From an uncultured Ruminococcus sp. (GTDB taxonomy: Bacteria > Bacillota > Clostridia > Oscillospirales > CAG-272), in the NCBI GenBank assembly GCA_964461155.1, contig CAYWTG010000002.1:1-33150 (forward strand): a stretch of 33,150 nt of DNA, given 5' to 3'. The notes under the pieces were generated by a model that was given only the letters and a program-made list of their open reading frames with translations, made no database searches and was not told where the DNA came from. Below, in pieces: positions 25,663-33,150 of this stretch. Both the position numbers and the translations under genes were made by a program. The first letter of the stretch is position 1; the number at the start of each line of letters is the position of its first letter.

Positions 25663-25691
25663 ATTTTACCACAAAGCGAGGCGTTTGTCTA
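25663..25691 (-). promoter_or_regulatory. Candidate promoter of asnA
   Basis: Minus strand reads TAGACA (25691-25686), a 17-nt spacer ending in TGG, then TAAAAT (25668-25663). Confidence 0.45.
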
Positions 25692-25795
25692 TATTTGAAG
25701 CGCGATGTCGAAAATTTTTTAAGTCAAAGGCGACTGACGCGCCCGCCGCGTGGCAATAATCAAGGCATGGGATCAACAAAACGGAGGATTTGTAA

Positions 25796-26395
25796 ATGGA
25801 CTTTAAAAACAGTGAGAGCGCGCAGAACTTGATGCGCGCGTTTGCGGGAGAGAGCCAGGCGCGAAATCGATACACAATCGCCGCCGCACAGGCGAAAGCC
25901 GAGGGGCACTATGCCATCGAGGCGATATTCAACTACACAGCCGGGCAGGAAAAGGAGCACGCGGAGATTTTCTACCGCCACCTCGCACCTCTTGCGGGTG
26001 AAAGTATCATGATCGACGGAGGCTATCCCGTCGACATCGCACCGACGACGGCTTCCCTTTTGAGGATGGCACAGCACAACGAGTACGAGGAGTACAACGA
26101 CGCGTACCCGGCCTTTGCCGAGGTGGCGGCGAAAGAGGGATTTTCGGCAGTTGCCGCAAGCTTCCGTCTCATCTCGCAGATCGAAAAGACGCACGGAGAC
26201 CGCTTCGGGCGATTCGCCGAGTTTTTGGAGAGCGGTCGGCTGTACGTCTCCGATGTGAAAGCGTCGTGGATCTGCTTAAACTGCGGGCACATCTACACAG
26301 GCACCGCAGTGCCGCCGAAATGCCCCGTTTGCGAGCACGACCGCGGATATTTCGTGAGGATCGAGCTGTCGCCTTTCGAGGGCTCTCTCGCATGA
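25796..26395 (+). CDS. rbr: Rubrerythrin
   Basis: Ferritin-like di-iron domain (NLMRAFAGESQARNRY, EKEHAEIF, EYEE) plus a C-terminal rubredoxin motif CLNCGH...CPVCEH. Confidence 0.92.
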   Translation: MDFKNSESAQNLMRAFAGESQARNRYTIAAAQAKAEGHYAIEAIFNYTAGQEKEHAEIFYRHLAPLAGESIMIDGGYPVDIAPTTASLLRMAQHNEYEEYNDAYPAFAEVAAKEGFSAVAASFRLISQIEKTHGDRFGRFAEFLESGRLYVSDVKASWICLNCGHIYTGTAVPPKCPVCEHDRGYFVRIELSPFEGSLA

Positions 26396-26435
26396 GAAAA
26401 GCGTGGATGTTACGGCATCCACGCTTTAATTTTTA
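26396..26435. terminator. Bidirectional terminator shared by rbr (+) and proS (-)
   Basis: AGCGTGGATG (26400-26409) pairs with CATCCACGCT (26417-26426), flanked by GAAAA on one side and TTAATTTTT on the other. Confidence 0.8.
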
Positions 26436-28151
26436 CTTATAAAGTGCAAGCTGTTCGTCGACGATGCGGCGGATCTCGCGTGTCGCGTCTTCGATGGCGA
26501 CCTCGCCCTTCCACGACTTGTCGCGGAACGAAAGCTCAACGACGCCTCTCTCGCAGGTCTTAGGCGATACGACCGCACGGACGGGAATGCCAAACAGGTC
26601 GGCGTCTGCGAACATCGCGCCGGGGCGGATGTTTCTGTCGTCGTAGAGAACCTCAACGCCCGCGTCCTGCAAGCTCTCATAGAGAGCGGCGGCGGTGCTG
26701 TTGACAGTCTCGTCATCGGAGCGGAGGTTGCATATCTCGACCTGCCACGGCGCGATCGACATCGGCCAGATCGGACCGTAGTCATCGTGGCTCTCCTGGC
26801 AGATGGAAGCGGCAAGTCTGCCGACTCCGATACCGTAGCAGCCCATAATGGGGTTCTGCGCCTCTCCGTTCGAGTCGAGGTATGTCATGCCCATGCTCTT
26901 TGTGTACTTCGTACCGAGCTTGAATATATTTCCGACCTCGATACCGCGGTTTATCGTGATATGCGGCTTACCGCATACGGGGCAGACTGCGCCCTCGAAG
27001 ATCTTCGCAACATCGGCATACTCGACTTCTCCGACATCACGTGCGATATTCATGCCCGTGAAGTGGTAGTCGGGCTCGTTTGCGCCGCAGACGAGGGACT
27101 CGATACCGCGCAGGGACGCGTCGAAGACAAGCTTCACGTTCTTCGGTGCGCCGACGGGGCCGATGAAGCCGGCGACAATTCCGGAGTCTTCTGTAACGGT
27201 GCCGGGGTGGATCTCGTACTTCAGGTAGTTGCGGAGCTTCGTCTCGTTGACCTCAAGGTCGCCGCGGATGAAGACGATGACGTAGCTGTCGTCGGAGTTG
27301 CGCTGATAGACAACTGCCTTGCAAAGCGAAGCGGGAGTCACGCCGAGATTTTCGGTGAGTGCTTCGATCGTCTTGACATCGGGGGTGTGAACGCGGGAGA
27401 GCTCGGAAAGCTCACCGGGCTCGTTTGTGATCGACACCTCTGCCGCCTCCATGTTTGCGCTATAGCCGCAGTCGGGGCAGATCGCGATCGTGTCCTCGCC
27501 GATCTCGGTGAGGAGCATGAACTCATGCGACACATTACCGCCCATCATGCCGGAGTCGCTCTTGACGGCGACGACGTTCTTCGCACCCGCGCGGCGGAAG
27601 ATGTTCTCGTAAGCCTTGAACTGAATATCGTAGTATCTGTCGAGATCCTCCTCGCTCGTGTGGAAAGAGTACGCGTCTTTCATCGTGAACTCACGAACGC
27701 GGATAAGTCCGCCGCGAGCGCGAGGCTCATCGCGGAACTTCGTCTGGATCTGATATATCATAAAAGGATAGTCTGCATATGACGACGCGGTGTCGCGGGC
27801 GAGCTGAACTGCCGCCTCCTCATGCGTCATTCCGAGCACCATTCTGTTGCCGGAGCGGTCCTTCCAGCGCGCGAGCTCGCTTCCGATGGAGTCGTATCGT
27901 CCGGACTCCTCCCAGAGTGTTGCGGGCATAGTTACGGGAAACATGACCTCCTGGCCGTCTGCGCGATCCATCTCGTCGCGGATGATGGCCTCGATTTTCT
28001 TCGTTATACGCTTTGTGGGCATGAACAGCGAGTAGATGCCGTTTGCGACGTATTTCATATATCCGCCGCGGATCATGAGAGCGTGGCTCTCGATAACGCA
28101 GTCGGACGGAGCATTTTTGAATCTCTGACCGAGAAGCTTTGATACCTTCAT
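26433..28151 (-). CDS. proS: Proline--tRNA ligase (bacterial type with editing insertion domain)
   Basis: Class II motifs FRDEPRARGGLIRVREFTMKDAYSF and GCYGIGVGRL, plus an INS editing domain and a C-terminal anticodon-binding domain. RBS GAGGA. Confidence 0.95.
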   Translation of the reverse strand: MKVSKLLGQRFKNAPSDCVIESHALMIRGGYMKYVANGIYSLFMPTKRITKKIEAIIRDEMDRADGQEVMFPVTMPATLWEESGRYDSIGSELARWKDRSGNRMVLGMTHEEAAVQLARDTASSYADYPFMIYQIQTKFRDEPRARGGLIRVREFTMKDAYSFHTSEEDLDRYYDIQFKAYENIFRRAGAKNVVAVKSDSGMMGGNVSHEFMLLTEIGEDTIAICPDCGYSANMEAAEVSITNEPGELSELSRVHTPDVKTIEALTENLGVTPASLCKAVVYQRNSDDSYVIVFIRGDLEVNETKLRNYLKYEIHPGTVTEDSGIVAGFIGPVGAPKNVKLVFDASLRGIESLVCGANEPDYHFTGMNIARDVGEVEYADVAKIFEGAVCPVCGKPHITINRGIEVGNIFKLGTKYTKSMGMTYLDSNGEAQNPIMGCYGIGVGRLAASICQESHDDYGPIWPMSIAPWQVEICNLRSDDETVNSTAAALYESLQDAGVEVLYDDRNIRPGAMFADADLFGIPVRAVVSPKTCERGVVELSFRDKSWKGEVAIEDATREIRRIVDEQLALYK

Positions 28152-28182
28152 TACATATCCTCACTTTTATTTACTGATTATT

Positions 28183-28211
28183 ATTATACCTCTGCGGCGA
28201 GCCGATGTCAA
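28183..28211 (-). promoter_or_regulatory. Sigma-A-type promoter of proS (short leader, no T-box)
   Basis: Minus strand reads TTGACA (28211-28206), a 17-nt spacer, then TATAAT (28188-28183). Confidence 0.65.
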
Positions 28212-28244
28212 TAACTAACGGCTTTTAAAGCTGAAAAAAGATGC

Positions 28245-28277
28245 CGACGAACGACAAGAGCCCGTCTCCGAGGAGGC
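28245..28277 (-). terminator. GC-rich hairpin downstream of the SLH-protein gene
   Basis: 10-bp stem CAAGAGCCCG (28245-28254) / CGGGCTCTTG (28268-28277). The U-run on the minus strand lies about 15 nt further on, so this is not a canonical intrinsic terminator. Confidence 0.5.
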
Positions 28278-28314
28278 GGGCTCTTGCTTTAGAGTAATGA
28301 AAGCTTATTTCTTA

Positions 28315-31300
28315 TTACTTGATGATTACAGGGAGGTCGATGTAGAGTGTGTACTCATACTTAGACGTGTGGCGAACACCTACATGGATTACGCCCTTAC
28401 CATACTTAGCAGCCTCTCTGAGGTTGCTGTCGAGCTTGAGCTCGAGCATATAGTTGTCGAACTCGTAAGACGGGAGCATGGACTCGAGCTTAGCGATGAG
28501 AGCCTCAACTGTGAGGGTTCCGCCGAGGTCTACTGTGAGGTAGCCGTTAGCGTCAGTCTTTGTGAGGAGACCCTGGAGCATCTCAAACATCTTGGGATGG
28601 CACTTTCTCTCAGACTGATCATCGGGGCAGTTGTGTCTTACAGTTACGGGGAACTGACGAGTTTTGGAAGTACCGTCAGCGGTAAGGAGGCTGTCGCCGC
28701 CGTTCTCGTTGTAGTACTTCATGATGGAGAAGTGTACGGAGAACTCAGTAGAAGCGCCTGTAGCATTATCTGTGAGTCTGAATGTACCGTCGTCGCCGTC
28801 ACCGGAATGGTTACCGCAACCGTTATTGGAGTAGTTCTCGGAAACGCTTACAGCCTCGAGAGTATGAGTTGTTGTGTTGAGACCCATATCCTTAGCGATA
28901 GCGTTTACGATAGCTGCCTTGTCTCTCCAAGAAGAACCGAAGTTAGCGAACATCTCGACCTGGTTGTGAACATCGCACTGAGTGTTGCCTGTCCAGTCCT
29001 CAGCGATCTTCTCAACGTCCTTCTGGACGAACTTGAAGTTGTACTCTACCCAGCTTGCCTTCTTGAGGGGCTCCCAAGAAGCGGAGGGAACGAGCTTAAC
29101 GCGGAGCTTACCCTCGCCGCCGTTGTTGATGAGTGCTGTTACATCATCAGCGGTGAGTACGAAGTAGTACTCGGGGAAGTCGTAGTCGAGGAGGTCGTTA
29201 AGGGTGTGCCAGATTACGCCGAGGGATGTACGAGACTTAGCAATGTGGCTTGCGAGGTCTGTTACGGGAACAACAACTGTTCCGTTGTCATCCTTAAGCT
29301 TGTCAAATGCCTTAGCGAGGACGGGCTGCATCTTCTTGTCAACTGCAACAGAGTTGTAGTTGTCAGAGCAGTAGTCGGGGAGGTAAGTGGGCTTGCCGTT
29401 TACGCCGAGAGCGTCGGTGTAACCCTCATCTCTGTTTGTTCCGGCGTCATCCCATGCGGTGTCGTTGAAGTCTTCACCTGCGCCGCAGTTGAAGTCGATA
29501 AGGGAGAAGTGCTTCTGAGCACAAACGTTGATCTCGAAAGGAATGGTAACGTCGCTCTTTGTTGTGTGAAGAACGAACTTAACCTTTCCGGAACAACCTG
29601 CGGACCAGTCACAGATGAAGCCGTCCTTGAGGCTCTGGTAACCGGATGTGTTGTTGTCGCCGTCGAGAGTTACATAGTACTCTGTGGAAACAGCGAGCTT
29701 GTTTGTTTCCTTCTCGATCTCGGTAGCGTAGCCTGTGATAGCCTCGGAAACCACCTGAACGAGTGCATCGGAAGTGAGTGAGCTGCCGTATGTGAAGAGG
29801 AAGTTGAACTGACTGTTGTGAATGCAAGTGGAGGAGTTGAGGAACTTCTCGAGAGCCTTGTTCATTCTGTCATATTCAGCCTGGTAAGCCTCGTCGTTAC
29901 CCTTGATGTTAACGACCATCTGCTTCTTGCCGGAACCGTCCTTGAAGCAACCGCCGTTACCGAAGGAGATACCGTAGAAACCGGAGTCATTCTTGCCGAG
30001 GAGAACGAGAGAGAGGTAAACCTTGGAGCCGTCCTTGAGGCCGTCAGCTGTGAGAGCGTCAGCGGGGATGGTCCACTCAACGGTAACCATGTTATCATCA
30101 CCGTAGGAGATTACATAGTCAGCGTTCGGTACGGGTGTCTTTGCACCGAGGAGAAGGTCATTGAGACCTGCCTGGCCGGTGTAAGAACCGCCGGCGTATG
30201 TGCCGTCTGTTGTGTTCTTACCGATACCGTAGTAAAGGATGTTCTCGCCGTTCATGTCATTATCTTTTGTTACGAAGATATTGAGGGATGTACCGCTGAA
30301 GAGCATATTGTCACCGGTTGTGCTCATATCGCAAGTCTGGTTGCGGTTTACGTCTTTCCACTGAACTGCGATGTGGAGTCCGTTAACGGGATCCCAAGCG
30401 AATCCGACCTTAGAGGTCTCGAGCATTGTTGCAACAGCCTCTGTAGCTGCGCCGCCGGTCTTGTCGCGAAGCTCGACTTCCTCCGGGAATGTGTCGAGGT
30501 ATGTGTACTCAGTCTCGCCGAGAACGCCGTCAAGAGTGATGGCACCGGGGAGAACTTCCTTAGCGTCTGTCTCGATGTCGCAAACGCCCGGATGGGGGTC
30601 ATTGTAGCCGACCTCAAAGGTAAGCGGAACCTTTACGTCAGCGGGCTTGTCTTCCTTGGAAAGGCTACTTACGATAACCTCGATCTCCTGGTTGATCGTG
30701 GCGAAACCGGAAGCGGGAACCTGAGCTGCGAGAGCTTCAATGTCAGCATTCTTGAGAATGAGCTCAAATCTTGTGCTGTCGATGCCGAGGCGGTTGTTGA
30801 TTTCGTTCCAAACTGTCTCTGCATTTACATCGGAAAGCTTCGGGATTACGATTGTTGTGTCCTTCTTGAGGTTCTCGATGTAACCCTCAGCGTCCTTCTT
30901 AGCCTGGAGGGACTTGTACTCCTCGTGGCACGCACCGTCAATGATGGCGGGAACGTTCTGCTGGAAGAATTTGACGTTACCGTCATCCTCAATACCTGTA
31001 GCGAAGAACTTAACTGCGGAGATGTGAACCTTGAACTCGTAAGAAACCGCATTCTCAATATCGGTGATGGTGAAGAATACGTCTGCAGCTGCACCGGAAC
31101 CGCGACCTGCGCCGCTGTATTGGTCCTTGAGCTCATTGAAGCCTGCATCATCACAAGTAAGAGTATACTTTGTGGTGTCGAGCTTCATGTGGTCTACAAA
31201 GACACCTACGAGGCTCTCCTTTGTGAGGGAGCTGCTGTAGTTGAAGCGTGCGGTTACCTCGTTGTGAACGCCGCAGAGAGCTTCTGCGAGATAATCGTTA

Positions 31301-31986
31301 ACGAGTTTCTCGAGTGCATCCTCGGGATCAATAGTGGTGAACTCGGGGTGGAGTCTCATCATGATCGTAGCGCACTCTGCACGAGTTGCACTGTTCTTGG
31401 GGTTGAACTTACCGTTCTCGTCGCCCTTCATGACGCCGGTCTTGCGGATAGCGTCGATGTACTCAACAGCCCACTTCTGGAACTTGGATGCGTCCTTGAA
31501 GCTGTCTACCACATCTGTGCCGACGATCTCGATATCCATGTGCTCGAAGAATGTAACGAGCATCTTAGCCATTTCCTGGCGGACGATTTCAGCATCGGGC
31601 TTGAAGAGCTTCTTGCCGCCCTCCTTGTAGCCGTTAACGATGCCGGCCTCAACTGCCCATGTTACCATGCCTGCGTACCACTTGCTGTTCTTGGTATCTG
31701 CAAAGTCAAGGTTGGGAGTTGTCTCGGGCTCTCCCGCGAGAGTCCAAAGAACCTTTGCGAACTGTGCTCTTGTAAGGCTACCTTCAGGAGCAAATTTCTT
31801 GGCGGACATACCGTCCATAAGACCATTTGCGTACACGTACTTGATGGCGTAGGTGTACCAAGTGTTCTTAACGTCGGTAAACGGAAGCTTGACATCGTCG
31901 ATGGATGTCTCTTCCGCGTATACTGTCGTAAGACCGAGGCTGAGAACCATCAGTGCTGCGAGCAGTATGCTGAGTAAACGTTTCAT
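28315..31986 (-). CDS. Large SLH-anchored cell-surface protein (1223 aa) with three paralogous uncharacterised modules
   Basis: I prefer the ATG at 31986 (MKRLLSILLAALMVLSLGLTTVYA signal peptide, RBS GGAGGAAAC) over the track start at 32016. Three S-layer-homology repeats follow (FTDVKNTWY..., FADTKNSKWY..., FKDASKFQKW...). After them come repeated modules beginning C.(V/I)HN.(V/F) then F.(Y/F)(S/G)SS. Codon bias is strong. Confidence 0.85.
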   Translation of the reverse strand: MKRLLSILLAALMVLSLGLTTVYAEETSIDDVKLPFTDVKNTWYTYAIKYVYANGLMDGMSAKKFAPEGSLTRAQFAKVLWTLAGEPETTPNLDFADTKNSKWYAGMVTWAVEAGIVNGYKEGGKKLFKPDAEIVRQEMAKMLVTFFEHMDIEIVGTDVVDSFKDASKFQKWAVEYIDAIRKTGVMKGDENGKFNPKNSATRAECATIMMRLHPEFTTIDPEDALEKLVNDYLAEALCGVHNEVTARFNYSSSLTKESLVGVFVDHMKLDTTKYTLTCDDAGFNELKDQYSGAGRGSGAAADVFFTITDIENAVSYEFKVHISAVKFFATGIEDDGNVKFFQQNVPAIIDGACHEEYKSLQAKKDAEGYIENLKKDTTIVIPKLSDVNAETVWNEINNRLGIDSTRFELILKNADIEALAAQVPASGFATINQEIEVIVSSLSKEDKPADVKVPLTFEVGYNDPHPGVCDIETDAKEVLPGAITLDGVLGETEYTYLDTFPEEVELRDKTGGAATEAVATMLETSKVGFAWDPVNGLHIAVQWKDVNRNQTCDMSTTGDNMLFSGTSLNIFVTKDNDMNGENILYYGIGKNTTDGTYAGGSYTGQAGLNDLLLGAKTPVPNADYVISYGDDNMVTVEWTIPADALTADGLKDGSKVYLSLVLLGKNDSGFYGISFGNGGCFKDGSGKKQMVVNIKGNDEAYQAEYDRMNKALEKFLNSSTCIHNSQFNFLFTYGSSLTSDALVQVVSEAITGYATEIEKETNKLAVSTEYYVTLDGDNNTSGYQSLKDGFICDWSAGCSGKVKFVLHTTKSDVTIPFEINVCAQKHFSLIDFNCGAGEDFNDTAWDDAGTNRDEGYTDALGVNGKPTYLPDYCSDNYNSVAVDKKMQPVLAKAFDKLKDDNGTVVVPVTDLASHIAKSRTSLGVIWHTLNDLLDYDFPEYYFVLTADDVTALINNGGEGKLRVKLVPSASWEPLKKASWVEYNFKFVQKDVEKIAEDWTGNTQCDVHNQVEMFANFGSSWRDKAAIVNAIAKDMGLNTTTHTLEAVSVSENYSNNGCGNHSGDGDDGTFRLTDNATGASTEFSVHFSIMKYYNENGGDSLLTADGTSKTRQFPVTVRHNCPDDQSERKCHPKMFEMLQGLLTKTDANGYLTVDLGGTLTVEALIAKLESMLPSYEFDNYMLELKLDSNLREAAKYGKGVIHVGVRHTSKYEYTLYIDLPVIIK
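31351..31896 (-). other. Three tandem S-layer homology (SLH) domains within the surface protein
   Basis: These are residues 41-222 in ORF-track numbering. Each repeat has the F.D....W....I..(A)...G...G motif and a TR(A)(Q/E) helix. Confidence 0.8.
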
Positions 31987-32036
31987 AACTGTTTCCTCCG
32001 TAAAATAAGATTTCATTACCTATGGTAACTGTCTGT

Positions 32037-32065
32037 ATTGTAGCACATCGGGGATGAAAAATCAA
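32037..32065 (-). promoter_or_regulatory. Promoter of the SLH-protein gene
   Basis: Minus strand reads TTGATT (32065-32060), a 17-nt spacer ending in TGC (extended -10), then TACAAT (32042-32037). The predicted 5' UTR begins with the hairpin GTTACCATAGGTAAT (32029-32015). Confidence 0.6.
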
Positions 32066-32286
32066 TAGTTTATTCAAAAATTGTCTTTAAAATTGACTCC
32101 TCGGTTTCCATTTTCATGGGTGTGTTTGGTTTTGCGTTGCAATCGTTTTTGTGTATCTCGCTTTGTTTTTCGCCGCATTTCGCGATTTTTATGTGCCTGT
32201 AGTCGTTTTTGTTCGTCAAGTTACCTAAAACGCGAGCCGTTTTTTTGTTGAATCGGCCATAGCGGCTTTTCACGGCAGACTTAGAT

Positions 32287-32315
32287 AAAAAGCACCCCAA
32301 AAAGAGGTGCTTTTT
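32287..32315 (-). terminator. Rho-independent terminator of the partial upstream gene
   Basis: AAAAGCACC pairs with GGTGCTTTT (32287-32296 / 32306-32315). A U-run follows the stem on the minus strand. Confidence 0.75.
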
Positions 32316-32326
32316 CGTTCATATCT

Positions 32327-33150
32327 TTAGTTCGGGAGTTTCACGGAGAAATAGTGGTAGTCTTCTTTTCCGTTCGCATCGGGTGCGTGCATCACGACGG
32401 GCACATATCCGTCGATATCCGAGCCGTTACGGAAGCTTCCGATTATTATATTGCTCGGCTTGAGTGTTCCTCCTGTGCCTGCGGTCTTGATTGTCTGCGC
32501 TTCCGTTATTTTGGTGAGGGTCGCGAAGTCGTCGCTGACGCTCCAGATCTCAAGCGCGGCCTCTTTAAGACCCGTGTAGTTATTTACCGCGAGCACGCAG
32601 ACCTTGCCGTTTGCACCCTCGGCTATTGCGGGGCAATAGCTGCTGTTCTTCGCGCCAAGCGTCACCTCGGAGTTGCGGAGCTCGTTAAGCTCGTTGTCGT
32701 AAACGGCATAATAGACCTTTGTCGAATTTCCATACACCGTGGTGTACATTATATGAAGATTTCCGCGCGTGTCAAGGAGCGACGCGCCCGTCGAATAGTG
32801 GCTCGCTCTGTAGTGGCGAACGCCCTCGTCCGTCGTGCTGTACTCGGGCATGAAGACTTCTTTCATCTCGAACTCTTCTTTGTGCGCATCCGCCACGCGA
32901 ACGATGACGATTCCGTCCCAGAGATATCCGCTCTGAACTCTGAAATCAACGCCGAGAAGCTCGCTGAGCGCAGTTACCGTTGCGTCTCTCTGCTCGACGA
33001 AGACAAATCCACCGTTACCGTCGGGATAGGCGTTTGCATAACATATTCTCCAGTCGACGCGGATCGTGTAGCAGTCCGCCTCCCATGTGCCGCTTGCGAT
33101 ATCATAGATGAACCACGCGACATATCCCGGAACGTCGCCTCCGTTGAAGA
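32327..33150 (-). CDS. Hypothetical protein, 5'-truncated by the window edge
   Basis: The frame of ORF 32327..32896 stays open upstream to base 33150 (reads ...FNGGDVPGYVAWFIYDIASGTWEADCYTIRVDW...VRVADAHKEEF...). The GTG start in the track is therefore probably internal. No family recognised. Confidence 0.6.
   Translation of the reverse strand, partial: FNGGDVPGYVAWFIYDIASGTWEADCYTIRVDWRICYANAYPDGNGGFVFVEQRDATVTALSELLGVDFRVQSGYLWDGIVIVRVADAHKEEFEMKEVFMPEYSTTDEGVRHYRASHYSTGASLLDTRGNLHIMYTTVYGNSTKVYYAVYDNELNELRNSEVTLGAKNSSYCPAIAEGANGKVCVLAVNNYTGLKEAALEIWSVSDDFATLTKITEAQTIKTAGTGGTLKPSNIIIGSFRNGSDIDGYVPVVMHAPDANGKEDYHYFSVKLPN

Noticed and set aside
24502-25698. 398-aa plus-strand ORF covering asnA
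   Set aside because: It is a codon-aligned antisense shadow of asnA, which has clear family motifs. It begins inside the rrf2 3' end and runs through the bidirectional terminator.
26787-27782. 331-aa plus-strand ORF inside proS
   Set aside because: It is an antisense shadow ORF in the same phase as proS codons, with no RBS and no recognisable motifs.
28152-28244. T-box leader upstream of proS
   Set aside because: The promoter lies only about 30 nt from the start codon, which leaves no room for a T-box structure.
28297-31977. Two very long plus-strand ORFs (494 and 719 aa) opposite the SLH-protein gene, considered as possible novel overlapping genes
   Set aside because: They are codon-aligned mirror images of the sense gene. 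Their openness follows directly from avoidance of TTA/CTA/TCA. The products are Val/Leu/Cys/Glu-rich and low in complexity, with no RBS, whereas the sense strand has a signal peptide, SLH repeats, a promoter and a terminator.
32070-32300. 76-aa Lys-rich minus-strand ORF in the region upstream of the SLH-protein gene
   Set aside because: It starts at a TTG inside the terminator stem of the upstream gene and has no RBS. It overlaps the -35 box of the mapped promoter, so it is more likely non-coding upstream sequence.

Overview
This window looks like a moderately GC-rich Firmicutes/Clostridia chromosome, probably from a spore-former, and it is mostly core housekeeping genes. From left to right on the window: a tRNA-Leu(UAA)/initiator tRNA-Met pair; a minus-strand cluster of three secreted hypothetical proteins; a PrsA-like lipoprotein. 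Next comes a long plus-strand block that keeps the classical Bacillus ylo gene order: yicC, remA-like, gmk, rpoZ, priA, def, fmt, YugP-type Zn-peptidase, rsmB, rlmN, stp, prkC, rsgA, thiN, spoVM. After that: a stand-alone GH43 glycosidase; a sulfur/Fe-S operon (metY-cysK-nifS-iscU-rrf2); asnA; rubrerythrin; proS. The window ends with a 1223-aa SLH-anchored surface protein and a partial hypothetical gene. I saw no CRISPR array, IS or transposon, integrase, phage module or recognisable defence system, and I cannot support a claim of a new multi-gene system here. The items most worth a second look are: (1) two otherwise intact genes each broken by a single in-frame stop (TAA in the remA/DUF370 homologue, TGA between a signal-peptide/PPC-domain ORF and its in-frame continuation); (2) the giant SLH protein, built from three paralogous uncharacterised Cys-containing modules; (3) an unclassified ~175-nt leader with unusual inverted repeats in front of the metY-cysK-nifS-iscU-rrf2 operon; (4) an unannotated 25-codon spoVM-like micro-ORF. 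The many long ORFs antisense to real genes are explained by near-total avoidance of TTA/CTA/TCA codons and were rejected as genes.
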